64,000 bases of DNA from an uncultured Gaiellaceae bacterium (GCA_963744285.1 CAVUTA010000018.1:18954-82953), one strand, 5' to 3'. Numbered from the stretch's first letter, positions 15,392 to 25,572 are shown. Notes: generated by a model from the sequence alone, not told the origin. Numbers and translations are program-made.

Positions 15392-15397
15392 ACCATC

Positions 15398-16096
15398 ATG
15401 GCTGACGACGACCTCGATCTGAAGACCTTGGGAGACGACGAGCTCGTCGCGCAGATGCACGACGACCTCTACGACGGGCTCGCGGACGAGATCGTCGAGG
15501 GTACGAACATCCTGCTCGAGCGGGGTTGGGGTGCGGACAAGGTGCTGAACGACGCGCTCGTCGAGGGCATGCGGATCGTCGGCATCGACTTCCGCGACGG
15601 GATCCTGTTCGTGCCCGAGGTGCTGCTCGCGGCGAACTCGATGAAAGCCGGGATGGCGATACTCCGGCCGCTCCTGGCCGAGACGGGGGCCGAGCGCGTC
15701 GGCAAGGTCGTGATCGGCACCGTCAAGGGCGACATCCACGACATCGGCAAGAACCTCGTCGCGATGATGCTCGAGGGCGCCGGCTTCGAGGTCTACGACC
15801 TCGGCATCAACAACCCGGTCGAGAACTACCTCGCCGCGCTCGAGGAGCACGAGCCGGACATCCTCGGCATGTCGGCGCTCCTCACGACGACGATGCCGTA
15901 CATGAAGGTCGTCATCGAGACCCTGAAGGAGAAAGGCATCCGGGACGACTACATCGTCCTCGTCGGCGGCGCACCGCTGAACGAGGACTTCGGCAAGGCG
16001 ATCGGCGCGGACGCGTATTGTCGCGATGCGGCCGTGGCCGCCGAGACCGCCCAGGCCCTCGTCCTGGCTCGCCGTGCAGCAGCTACTGCATCCTGA
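15398..16096 (+). CDS. Cobalamin-binding corrinoid protein (methyltransferase cognate corrinoid protein, MtgC/MttC-like)
   Basis: Intact 232-aa ORF. N-terminal B12-binding cap helix bundle plus a Rossmann domain with the DxHxxG motif (GTVKGDIHDIGKNLV) and ...LGMSALLTTTM... Confidence 0.9.
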   Translation: MADDDLDLKTLGDDELVAQMHDDLYDGLADEIVEGTNILLERGWGADKVLNDALVEGMRIVGIDFRDGILFVPEVLLAANSMKAGMAILRPLLAETGAERVGKVVIGTVKGDIHDIGKNLVAMMLEGAGFEVYDLGINNPVENYLAALEEHEPDILGMSALLTTTMPYMKVVIETLKEKGIRDDYIVLVGGAPLNEDFGKAIGADAYCRDAAVAAETAQALVLARRAAATAS

Positions 16097-16725
16097 CGAG
16101 GAGCGCGTCTTCGAGGCCGAGCGGCCCGAGGTGCTCGTCCTCGCCTGCGGCGCGCTCGCGCGCGAGGTGCTCGCAGTCGTCCGGCTCAACGGCTGGCAGA
16201 ACGTGACCGTCCGCTGCCTCCCCGCGCAGCTCCACTCCCGGCCGCAGCTGATCGCGCCCGCCGTGGACGCGAAGTTGAAGGAGCTCGCGGGTAGCTACGA
16301 GCGAGTGTTCGTCGCGTACGCGGACTGCGGCACCGGCGGCGAGCTCGACAAGGTGCTCGACCTGCACGGAGTCGAGCGGCTGCCCGGCGCGCACTGCTAC
16401 GGCTTCCTCACCGGCAACGACGCCTGGCAGGAGCTGCACGACGCCGAGCCCGCGACCTTCTACCTGACGGACTTCCTCGCGCGGCACTTCGACGCGCTCG
16501 TGATCCGCGGTCTCGGGCTCGACCGCCATCCCGGAGCTTCTGCCCGATTACTTCGGGAACTACCGTCGGCTTCTGTATCTGGCACAGACCGACGACGACG
16601 ACCTGCGGGCCCGCGCACGCGCAGCCGCCGAGCGCCTCGGGCTCGCGTACGAGGAGCGTCGCACCGGCTACGGCGACCTCGTTCCGTCGCTGACCCGCTT
16701 CGTGGAGGCGACCCCGGTTGCCTGA
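16074..16725 (+). pseudogene. DUF1638-family protein (function unknown; recurrent partner of MttB/corrinoid systems). One frame break near 16530.
   Basis: EVLVLACGALAREVLAVV...VFVAYADCGTGGELDKVLDLHGVERLPGAHCYGFL...FYLTDFLARHFDALVIRGLGLDRHP, then the break, then ELLPDYFGNYRRLLYLAQTDD... The start (GTG 16074 or ATG 16026) overlaps the corrinoid gene end. Family assignment is from memory of the conserved pattern. Confidence 0.6.
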
Positions 16726-17014
16726 GCTGACCGTGATCTGGTGGCGGGACATTCCCGCGCAGGTGGTGGCGAAGGAAGGGCGCTCGTCGGCTCGCGCCGA
16801 GCTCTCCGGCCGCTTCCAGGAGGCGATCGACGCCGCGGCGATGCGTGCGGGTCTGATCGGGACGGATGCCTACCTCGAAGAGTGGCGCCGCGAGCCACGC
16901 GCGTGCGGCGACGACCTCGAGTCCGAGGTCGCCGAGGAGGTCGCGTGGCTCGAGGGCGCATACGGTGACGACGTCCTCGAGCGGCTCGTCGCCTCGAACG
17001 GACGCGACTCGTGA
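16718..17014 (+). CDS. Small conserved hypothetical protein (98 aa), translationally coupled between DUF1638 and the methyl-THF methyltransferase
   Basis: Intact ORF: LPELTVIWWRDIPAQVVAKEGRSSARAELSGRFQEAIDAAAMRAGLIGTDAYLEEWRRE... It overlaps both neighbours by a few nt. No motif I can assign. Confidence 0.55.
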   Translation: MPELTVIWWRDIPAQVVAKEGRSSARAELSGRFQEAIDAAAMRAGLIGTDAYLEEWRREPRACGDDLESEVAEEVAWLEGAYGDDVLERLVASNGRDS

Positions 17015-17919
17015 CCGAGACGCTCCTCTCGAGCGCCACGAAGGAAGTCGTGATCGGCTTCGAGCGACCGTTCGTGATCATCGGCGAGCGCATCAACCCG
17101 ACTGGGCGGAAGAAGCTGGCAGAGGAGATGGCGGCCGGGAACTTCGACACCGTCATCGCAGACGCCATCCGACAGGTGGAGGCGGGAGCGCAGATGCTCG
17201 ACGTCAACGCCGGGATTCCCCTCGCGGACGAGCCGGCGATCCTCGCCGAGGCGATCCAGCTCGTTCAGAGCGTGACGGACGTTCCGCTCTGCATCGACTC
17301 GTCGATCGTCGCGGCGCTCGAGTCCGGGCTCGCCGTCTACCAGGGCAAGGCGCTCGTCAACTCGGTGACGGGCGAGGAGGATCGGCTCGAGTCCGTGCTC
17401 CCACTCGTGGCGAAGCACGGGGCCGCAGTCGTCGCGATCACGAACGACGAGTCGGGGATCTCCGAGGACCCGGACGAGCGCTTCGAGGTCGCGCGCAGGA
17501 TCGTGTCCCGCGCCGCCGACCACGGGATCCCCAAGGAGGACATCGTCGTCGACCCGCTCGTCATGCCGATCGGCGCGATCGGCAGCGCCGGGCGCCAGGT
17601 GTTCCGGATCGTTCGGCGTCTGCGCGAGGAGCTCGGCGTGAACACGACCTGCGGCGCGTCGAACGTGAGCTTCGGCCTTCCCGCCCGGCCCGCGCTGAAT
17701 GCGGCGTTCCTCCCGATGGCGATCGCGTCCGGCCTCACCTCGGCCATCACGAGCCCGCTCCACGCGGAGATGCTGCAAGCCGTGAAGGCGGCCGACGTGC
17801 TGATGGGGAACGACGCGCACTGCGCGAACTGGATCGCCCGGAACGGGGACTCGCCGGGCGGCGAAGTCACGCGCGGCCGGCGCGGTGGCCGCGAGGGTCG
17901 CCGGAGAGCTGCGTCGTGA
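17011..17919 (+). CDS. Methyltetrahydrofolate:corrinoid methyltransferase (pterin-binding domain; MtgA/AcsE/MtrH-like)
   Basis: Intact 302-aa ORF. IIGERINPTGRKKLAEEM..., QMLDVNAG and NSVTGE are typical of the pterin-binding (DHPS-like) methyltransferase barrel. Confidence 0.88.
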   Translation: MTETLLSSATKEVVIGFERPFVIIGERINPTGRKKLAEEMAAGNFDTVIADAIRQVEAGAQMLDVNAGIPLADEPAILAEAIQLVQSVTDVPLCIDSSIVAALESGLAVYQGKALVNSVTGEEDRLESVLPLVAKHGAAVVAITNDESGISEDPDERFEVARRIVSRAADHGIPKEDIVVDPLVMPIGAIGSAGRQVFRIVRRLREELGVNTTCGASNVSFGLPARPALNAAFLPMAIASGLTSAITSPLHAEMLQAVKAADVLMGNDAHCANWIARNGDSPGGEVTRGRRGGREGRRRAAS

Positions 17920-19918
17920 CGGCGCCCGACGCACTCGTCGTCTTCACGCCGTCCGGCAGGCGAGGACGGTTCGAGCACGGCACGACCGTGCTCGAGGCAG
18001 CCAGGAGACTCGGTGTCGACCTCGACTCGGTCTGCGGCGGCCGCGGCATCTGCGGCCGTTGCCAGATCGAGGTCTCCGAGGGCGAGCACGCGAAGCACGG
18101 GATCGTGTCGGCCGCCTCGCACCTGACGCCGGCCGCCGAGGTCGAGGCGCGATACGCGGCCGACCGCGGGCTCGCCGACGGCCGCCGCCTCGGCTGCACC
18201 GCCTGCGTGGCCGGCGACCTCGTCATCGACGTGCCGCCCGAGAGCCAGCTCTACCGCCAGGTCGTGCGCAAGGAGGCGGATGCACACCCGATCGAGATCG
18301 ACCCGGTCGTGCGCCTCTACTACGTCGAGGTCGCAGGTGCCGAGCTCGGGGTCGCCGCAGGTGACCTGCGACGCGTGCGAGACGCGCTCGCGGCGGAGTG
18401 GGAGCTCGACGACCTCGACGCCGACCCGGCTGTCCTCCCCGAGCTGCAGCGCGCGCTGCTCGAAGGACTCCGGCGCGATCACCGTCGCGGTGCACGACGG
18501 CTCGACGATCACGGCTGCGTGGCCCGGGCTGCACGACCGTGCATTCGGCATCGCATTCGACATCGGCTCGACGACCGTCGCAGGTCATCTGTGCGACCTG
18601 CTCACCGGCGAGGTGCTCGCTTCCGCCGGCGAGATGAACCCCCAGATCCGCTTCGGCGAGGACCTGATGAGCCGCGTCTCCTACGTCATGCTCAACCCCG
18701 GCTCGGAGAAGGAGCTGACGAGGGTCGTTCGTGGCTGCCTCGCAAAGCTCACCGCCGAGCTCGCGACCGCAGCCGAGATCGACCGCACGGACATCCTCGA
18801 GGTGACGCTCGTCGGGAACCCGATCATGCACCACCTCCTGCTCGGGATCGATCCGACGCCGCTCGGCGGCGCACCCTTCGCGCTCACGATCGACGAGGCC
18901 GTCCGACTCCCGGCTCGCGACCTCGGCCTGCCCGTACACCGCGGCGCGCGGGCGTACGTGCTGCCCTGCATCGCGGGGCACGTCGGCGCCGACTCGGCCG
19001 GCGTCATCCTCTCCGAGGGCCCGTACCTCGGTGAGCGAGGTGAACCTCATCGTCGACGTCGGGACCAACGCGGAGATCGTCCTCGGCAACCGCGACCGGC
19101 TGCTCGCCGCCTCGAGCCCCACCGGGCCTGCGTTCGAGGGCGCGCAGATCTCGTGCGGCCAGCGTGCCGCTCCGGGTGCGATCGAGCGCGTCCGCATCGA
19201 TCCCGAGACGCTCGAGCCGCGCATCCGCGTGATCGGGTGCGACGCGTGGTCGGACGAGCCCGGGTTCGCCGGCACGCAGGTCACGGGCGTCTGTGGCTCG
19301 GGGATCATCGAGGCGATCGCGGAGCTCCATCTCGCCGGCGTGCTCACGACCGACGGGACGATCGACGGCGCGCTCGCGAACCGCTCGCAGCGCATCGTCG
19401 CCGACGGGCGCACCTTCTCCTATGTTCTCTGGGCGGGCGAGCCCGAGCTGGTCATCACGCAGAACGACGTGCGGCAGATCCAGCTGGCCAAGGCGGCCCT
19501 CTACGCGGGTTGCGCACTGTTGATGGAGCGGTACGGGATCGAGACGGTCGATCGCATCCGGCTCGCGGGAGCGTTCGGGACGCACATCGACCCCGTTCAC
19601 GCGCTCGTGCTCGGGCTCGTTCCCGACTGCGACCCCGACCAGGTCACCGCCGCGGGCAACGCCGCGGGCACAGGTGCTCGGATCGCGCTCCTCAACCGGG
19701 GAGCGCGAGCCGAGATCGAGGACGTCGTGCGTCGCGTCGAGAAGGTGGAGACCGCCGTCGAGCCGCGCTTCCAGGAGTTCTTCGTGAAGGCGATGGCGAT
19801 CCCGCACGACGTCGATCCGTACGCGCGGCTCGCGCGCAAGGTCCGCCTTCCCGGCCGCCGGATCGCATCGAACGAGAGGCCGACGCGAGGGCGTCGCCGA
19901 GAGAGGAAGCCCGTATGA
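17916..19918 (+). pseudogene. Corrinoid reductive activase: N-terminal 2Fe-2S ferredoxin plus ASKHA (DUF4445) ATPase, RamA/RACo-like. 2 frame breaks.
   Basis: CGGRGICGRCQ...LGCTACV (plant-type 2Fe-2S). Then FGIAFDIGSTTVAGHL, VTLVGNPIMHHLLLGI, LIVDVGTNAEIVLG, SPTGPAFEGAQISCG and GVCGSGIIEAIAEL. Breaks ~18470 and ~19030. GTGA overlap with the upstream gene. Confidence 0.85.
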
Positions 19919-21453
19919 GCGAGACGCGAGGAAGACGAGCCGGCGGGCGCGCCGCCCGCCAGGCCGCACGGCTCGGCGCCGTGATCGAGAGCGTGCCGTT
20001 CCTGACCCGAACGCTGGCGCCGCTCGAGGTCGTTTCCGAAGAGGGACTCGCGCTGCTGGAGGAGAACGCGGACACGATCCTCGAGCAGGTCGGGATCGAC
20101 TTCCGCGACGCGCCCGATGCGATCGAGCTCTTCCAGGACGCAGGCGCCCACGTCGACGGCGAGCGCGTGCGCTTCCCGCGGGGCATGTGCCGTCAGCTCG
20201 TCCAGGCGACGGCGCCACGCCAGTTCACGCAGGTCGCACGAAACCCGGAGCGCAGCGTCGTCTTCGGCGGGCAGAACACGATCTTCGCGCCCGCGTACGG
20301 GTCGCCGTTCGTGCGCGACCTCGACGACGGGCGGCGCTACGGGACGATCGAGGACTTCCGGAACTTCGTGAAGCTCGCGTACGTCTCGCCCTGGCTCCAC
20401 CACTCCGGCGGAACGGTCTGCGAGCCCGTCGACCTCCCGGTGAACAAGCGCCACTACGACATGGTCGAGGCGCATCTGCGGCTCTCGGACAAGCCGTTCA
20501 TGGGCTCGGTCACCCACCCTCAGCGGGCGCGCGACACGGTCGACATGGCGCGGATCGTCTTCGGCGAGGAGTTCGTCGAGCAGAACACGGTGGTCTTCAG
20601 CCTCATCAACGCGAACTCGCCGCTCGTCTGGGACGCGACGATGCTCGGGGCCGCGCGCGCGTACGCCGAGGCGAACCAGGCGGTGATGATGACCCCGTTC
20701 ATCCTCGCCGGTGCGATGAGCCCCGCGACCGTCGCGGCAACGTGCGCGCAGACGCTCGCCGAGTCGCTTGCGGGAATGACCTACGTCCAGCTCGTCCGGC
20801 CCGGCGCGCCGGTGGTGCTCGGATCGTTCGCGAGCTCGATGTCGATGCAGTCGGGCGCGCCGACCTTCGGCACGCCGGAGCCGGCGCTCGTCCTCTACGT
20901 GATGGCGTCGCTCGCGCGCCGGCTCGGCGTTCCCTTCCGGTCAGGCGGCGCGCTCACCGCGTCGAAGATCCCGGACGCGCAGGCGGCGTACGAGTCGGCG
21001 AACACCATGCAGCCGACCATCCTCGGCGGCACGAACTTCGTCCTGCACGCGGCCGGCTGGCTCGAGGGCGGGCTCGCGATGGGCTACGAGAAGTTCGTCC
21101 TCGACGCCGATCAGCTCGGCATGTGGCACGCGTTCTGCAAGGGCGTCGACCTCTCGGAGAACGGGCAGGCGCTCGACGCCTTCCTCACGAACGAGCCGGG
21201 AACGCACTTCCTCGGGCACGCACACACGCTCGCCAACTTCGAGACCGCGTTCTACCGCTCGCCGCTCGCGGACAGCTCGAGCTTCGAGCAGTGGGAGTCC
21301 GAGGGTGCACAGGATGCCGCGAAGCGCGCGAACGCGATGTGGAAGCGTGCTCTCGCGGAGTACGAGCAGCCGCCGCTCGACGACGCCGTCGGCGCCGAGC
21401 TCGGCGAGTGGATCGAGCGCAGGAAGGCGTCGTTCCCGGACTCGGACGTATGA
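19915..21453 (+). CDS. MttB-superfamily (trimethylamine methyltransferase family) non-pyrrolysine methyltransferase. Candidate glycine betaine (or other quaternary amine):corrinoid methyltransferase.
   Basis: Intact 512-aa ORF with no in-frame TAG. Arg-rich N-terminus (RGRRAGGRAARQAARL), then conserved MttB-family blocks (...VFGGQNTIFAPAYGSPFV.D...SGGTVCEPVD...NANSPLVWD...MTPFILAGAMSPAT...). ATGA overlap with the activase. Confidence 0.85.
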   Translation: MSETRGRRAGGRAARQAARLGAVIESVPFLTRTLAPLEVVSEEGLALLEENADTILEQVGIDFRDAPDAIELFQDAGAHVDGERVRFPRGMCRQLVQATAPRQFTQVARNPERSVVFGGQNTIFAPAYGSPFVRDLDDGRRYGTIEDFRNFVKLAYVSPWLHHSGGTVCEPVDLPVNKRHYDMVEAHLRLSDKPFMGSVTHPQRARDTVDMARIVFGEEFVEQNTVVFSLINANSPLVWDATMLGAARAYAEANQAVMMTPFILAGAMSPATVAATCAQTLAESLAGMTYVQLVRPGAPVVLGSFASSMSMQSGAPTFGTPEPALVLYVMASLARRLGVPFRSGGALTASKIPDAQAAYESANTMQPTILGGTNFVLHAAGWLEGGLAMGYEKFVLDADQLGMWHAFCKGVDLSENGQALDAFLTNEPGTHFLGHAHTLANFETAFYRSPLADSSSFEQWESEGAQDAAKRANAMWKRALAEYEQPPLDDAVGAELGEWIERRKASFPDSDV

Positions 21454-22305
21454 GCGATTCGGTCGCCGAGAATCGTGTGGCCGAGCTGCTCGCCTCGCCT
21501 CGCTACGAGGTGCTTCCGTTCGGGAGCGTGGAGGAGGCCGTCCTCGAGCACGTCCCGCTCGACGTCACCCTCACCGTCACCGTCTCACCGAGGAAGGGCA
21601 TCGAGCACACGCTCGACCTCGCGGAGCGATTGACGAAGCACGGCTACTCCGTCGTCCCCCATCTCTCGGCTCGGCTCGTGCGCGACCGCGTGCATCTCGC
21701 GGAGATCATCCACCGGGTCGACGAGATCGACGCGCACGACGTGTTCGTCGTGGCGGGGGACGCGGACGAGCCGGCAGGCGAGTACGCCGGCGCAGCTTCG
21801 CTCCTGGAGTCGATCGCCGAGCTCGGGCACCGCTTCGAGAACGTCGGGATCACGGGCTACCCCGAGAGCCACCCGCTCATCGACGACGAGACCACCATTC
21901 AGGCGATGTTCGACAAGGCCCGTTTCGCCACGTACATCGTCAGCCAGATCTGCTTCGACCCGCGCGTCACTCTCGGACTGGGTCGAGCGCGTCTGGGAGC
22001 GCGGGACGCGCCTGCCGATCTTCGTCGGCATTCCGGGCGCCGTCCCGAGAACCAAGCTCCTGCGCGTTTCGTCGTCGGTCGGGCTCGGGGCGTCGATGCG
22101 CTTCCTGCGGCGCCATCGGAGCTGGGTGAGCCATGCGGTCAGGCCGGGAGGCTTCAGTCCGGATCCGCTCATCGAGGGGCTCGCACCCGGGCTCATCGAC
22201 CCGGAGCGCAAGATCGCCGGCTTCCACGTCTTCACGTTCAACGACCTGGCCGACACCGAGCACTGGCGGCAGCATCGCCTCGCCGTTGCTGCCGGCGCCC
22301 GCTAG
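21450..22305 (+). pseudogene. metF: Methylenetetrahydrofolate reductase (MetF family). One frame break near 21970.
   Basis: ...YEVLPFGSVEEAV...VTVSPRKGIEHTLDLAERL...VVPHLSAR...NVGITGYPESHPLIDDETTIQAMFDKARFATYIVSQICFDP, then the break, then ...LPIFVGIPGAVPRTKLLRVS...FHVFTFN. ATGA overlap with the MttB gene. Confidence 0.8.
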
Positions 22306-23752
22306 ATGCAGGACTACTCGATGGTCGTCGGAGGTGCGTGGGCCGAGTCCGAGTCGGGCGAGCGCATGGAGGCAACGAGTCCGGCAACCGGACGAGTCGC
22401 TCGGAACGGTCCCCGAGGGGACGCGAGAGGATGCCCGACGCGCGATCGCCGCAGCGAACGCCGCGCGGCGCGACTGGGCGGCGCTGTCAGCCTTCGAGCG
22501 GGCCGCCGCGATGAACCGCGTCGCCGATCTCGTCGAGGAACGGCGTGACGACCTCGCGCTGACGCTCACGCTCGACCAGGGCAAGCCGCTGCACGCCGAG
22601 GCCTACGGCGAGGTGGAGGAGCTCGTCGTCTACTGGCGGATGGCCGCGGCGGATGCGACCCGTCTCGCCGGATCCATGCCGCCCTCCGTCGACGCGACGA
22701 AGCGGATCCTCGCGTACCGAGTCCCGCGAGGTGTCGTCGGCGTGATCACGCCCTGGAACTGGCCCTACACGATGCCCGCCGAGCTCATCGCTCCTGCACT
22801 CGCCGCCGGGAACGCCGTGGTCTGGGTGCCGGCGCCCTCGACGACGGTCTGCGCCGTGAAGCTCGCCGAATGCATCGTCGATGCCGAGCTTCCTGCCGGA
22901 GTGTTCTCGATGGTCACCGGCCCTGGCCCGTAGTCGGAGACGAGGTCGCCTCGAACTCCGGGGTTCACGGAGTCGGATTCATCGGCTCCGTCGCGACCGG
23001 GCTCCAGGTCGCAGCGCGAGCCGCCGGCAAGACGACCCTGCTCGAGCTCGGCGGAAACGGCCCCATGGTCGTGCTCGACGACGCCGACGTCGAGGCCGCC
23101 GCTCGAGGCGAGCATCGCGGCGTCGTTCCTGTGCGCCGGACAGAGCTGTACGGCCGGCGAGCTCTTCCTCGTGCACGACGCCGTCTACGACGAGTTCGTC
23201 GAGCGGCTTCGCACAGTGGTCGAGAGCTCGGTGCGGCTGGGCGACCCGCTCTCGGAGGAGACGACGATGGGACCGCTCAACAACGAGCCGACGGCGGCGA
23301 AGATGGATCGCCACGTTCGAGACGCGCTCGAGCGCGGCGCACAGCTCGTGGCCGGCGGCGCGCGTGCGGCGGGCTACCCGACCGACCTCTACTGGGAGCC
23401 CACGGTGCTCGCAGGCGTGACCGGCGAGATGGAGGTCGCACGCGAGGAGACCTTCGGCCCCGTGGTTCCGATCGTCCGCATCTCGAGCGACGAGGAGGCG
23501 CTCGAGATCGCCAACGCCTCGCCATACGGCCTGCTCACTGCTGTCTGGACGCGCGACCTCGCCCGCGGCCTGCGCTTCGCAGAGGCGGTCGACGCAGGCT
23601 GGGTGAACATCAACGAGTCGACCAACTACTGGGAGAGCCACCTGCCGTTCGGCGGGCGAGCAGGCTCGAGCTCGGGGGTCGGACGGGTCGGCGGGAGCTC
23701 CGTGCTCGAGGCGTTCACGGAGCCGAAGACCGTCGTCTTGAATCTCGACTGA
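22306..23752 (+). pseudogene. NAD(P)+-dependent aldehyde dehydrogenase (candidate betaine-aldehyde dehydrogenase by context). 3 frame breaks.
   Basis: The pieces carry VITPWNWPYTM, ELGGNGP, CAGQSCTAGE (catalytic Cys) and EETFGPVVPI. Breaks ~22395, ~22930, ~23110. It starts one base after the metF stop. Confidence 0.82.
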
Positions 23753-23779
23753 GCAGCGGCTGTAGCTGTTCGCGGTGGG

Positions 23780-25572
23780 ATGATCCTGCGGGCCATGCGC
23801 CGCACCGTCCTGCCGATCTACGCGCTCTTCCTGCTGGAGACCCTCGTCTGGATCGCGATGGTCCCGCTTGCCCCGAGCGTTCGCAGACGAGTTCTCGCTC
23901 TCGGGCGTGCAGACGGGGATGGTGCTCGCGTGCCTCGAGCCTCGCAGCACTCGTCGTCGCGTTGCCGCTGGGCGTCCTCGCCGACCGCTTCGGAGCCCGC
24001 GGGGTGACGATCGCCTCGGCATGCCTGTTCACGCTTGCAACGCTCGGCCAGGGGCTCGCGAGCGAGTTCTGGACGCTGCTCGCGGCGCGCGCGGCCTTCG
24101 GGATCGCCTTCGGCGCGCTCTGGGGCGCGGGGGCATCGTGGCTCTCGAACTCACTCTCGGACGAGCGACGGGCCGGAGCGCTCGGGCTCGCCACGACGGT
24201 CGCGGGTCTGGGCTTCACGGTCGGTCCCGTCCTGGCCGGTGTTCTCGCCGACCGCTACGACACCGGGACGCCGTTTCTCGTTCTCGCCGTCGCGGCGGCA
24301 TTCGTCACCGCGGCCCTCTTCGTTGCCGCCCCGTTTGCGAGGGCCGAGTCGACGCAGCAGCGGCTCTCCGACGTGCTCAGGCTCGCTCGGGCCGACGAGC
24401 TCGTGCTCGCGGGTATCGCGATCATCGTGCTCATAGGCCTCGTGGGAGGAGCGGTCAACCTTCTCGTCCCGCTGCAGCTGCGCGAGAACGGCATCAGCGC
24501 CGCGAAGATCGGACTGCTCTTCTCGGCCGCGTCGGCCGTGTACACAGTCGTGAGCGCGGTCGTGGCCAGGCTCGGCGCGAGGTCCGCGACGCTTCGCGTC
24601 GGCGGGTACGCGGCGCTGCTGACAGGATTGACGGTCGTGCTCGTCCTCATCAGCGACTCGACCATCGCCGCCGTCGCCTTCGTCCTTCTGCGCGCGCCTC
24701 CATGGTCGACGATGGACACGATCATCTACCCGCTCGCTGCGGCGGGAGCCCATCGCTCGGCGATCGGCCGTGGCTCGGTCATGGGGCTGGTGATGCTCGG
24801 GTGGGCGGCGGCGTCCACGGTCGGACCGCTCGTCGCGGGCGCGATCGCCGACGCGGCTGGCGACCGAGCAGCGTACGCCGTGATGATCGGCTTCTGCGCG
24901 CTCGTCGGCGGGTGGCTTCTCGTCACGGGCTCGCGGGCACGACCACGGGAAGCCAGAGTCGACCTGGATCGGCTCTACGGAGCGGGTGACCTCGAAGAGC
25001 TGCGTTCCGAGTACGACCGGATCGCGGAGGCATACGACACGGCCCTGCTCGACGAGATGGGATACATGTCGCCGAGCGCGCTTGCTCGCACAGTCGCGCG
25101 ACTTCTTCCCCGAGATGCACGCATTCTCGACGTTGGCGCCGGCACGGGGCTTGTCGGCGTCGCGCTCGCGGCCGCAGGGTTCTCGCGGCTCGACGGGCTC
25201 GACCTTTCGCCCCGCATGCTCGCCGAAGCCCGTCGCAAGGGCGTCTACGGAGATCTCCGCGAGGGCAGGCTGGGCGGCGAGCTCGACTACGAGAGCGGGC
25301 GGTACGACGGAGTCGTCGCAGCGGGCGTTCTCACAACGGGACATGCCTCGGCAGCCTCGCTCGACGAGCTCGTCAGGATCACGCGCCCAGGAGGGCACGT
25401 CGTCTTCACGCTGCGCTCGGACGAAGGGAGGCCGAGAGGGTTCGAGGAGAAGATGGCAGAGCTCGTGAGCGCCAGCCGGTGGCAGCTCGTCGAGGAAGGC
25501 GAGGAGTTCCAGGCGCTGCCGATCGGCGAGCCAGACGTTCTCGTTCGCGTGTGGGCCTACCGCGTGCTCTGA
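23780..25572 (+). pseudogene. MFS transporter fused in frame to a C-terminal class I SAM-dependent methyltransferase domain. 2 frame breaks in the first ~160 nt.
   Basis: MFS helices: LPLGVLADRFGARG, AARAAFGIAFGALWGAG, etc. A continuous frame then runs from ~23940 to 25572, through ...LLVTGSRARPREARVDLDRLY... into ...ILDVGAGTGLVGVALAAAGFSRLDGLDLSPRMLAEARRKG...DGVVAAGVL...LVRITRPGGHVVF (SAM motifs I, post-I, II, III). There is no stop between the domains. Breaks ~23878 and ~23935. Confidence 0.7.

Noticed and set aside
15339-15397. Cobalamin riboswitch upstream of the corrinoid operon
   Set aside because: The intergenic region is only 59 bp and lacks the B12-box. No other gap near the operon is long enough.
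19915-21453. Pyrrolysine codon in the MttB homologue
   Set aside because: The ORF is continuous with no internal TAG. It is a non-Pyl family member.
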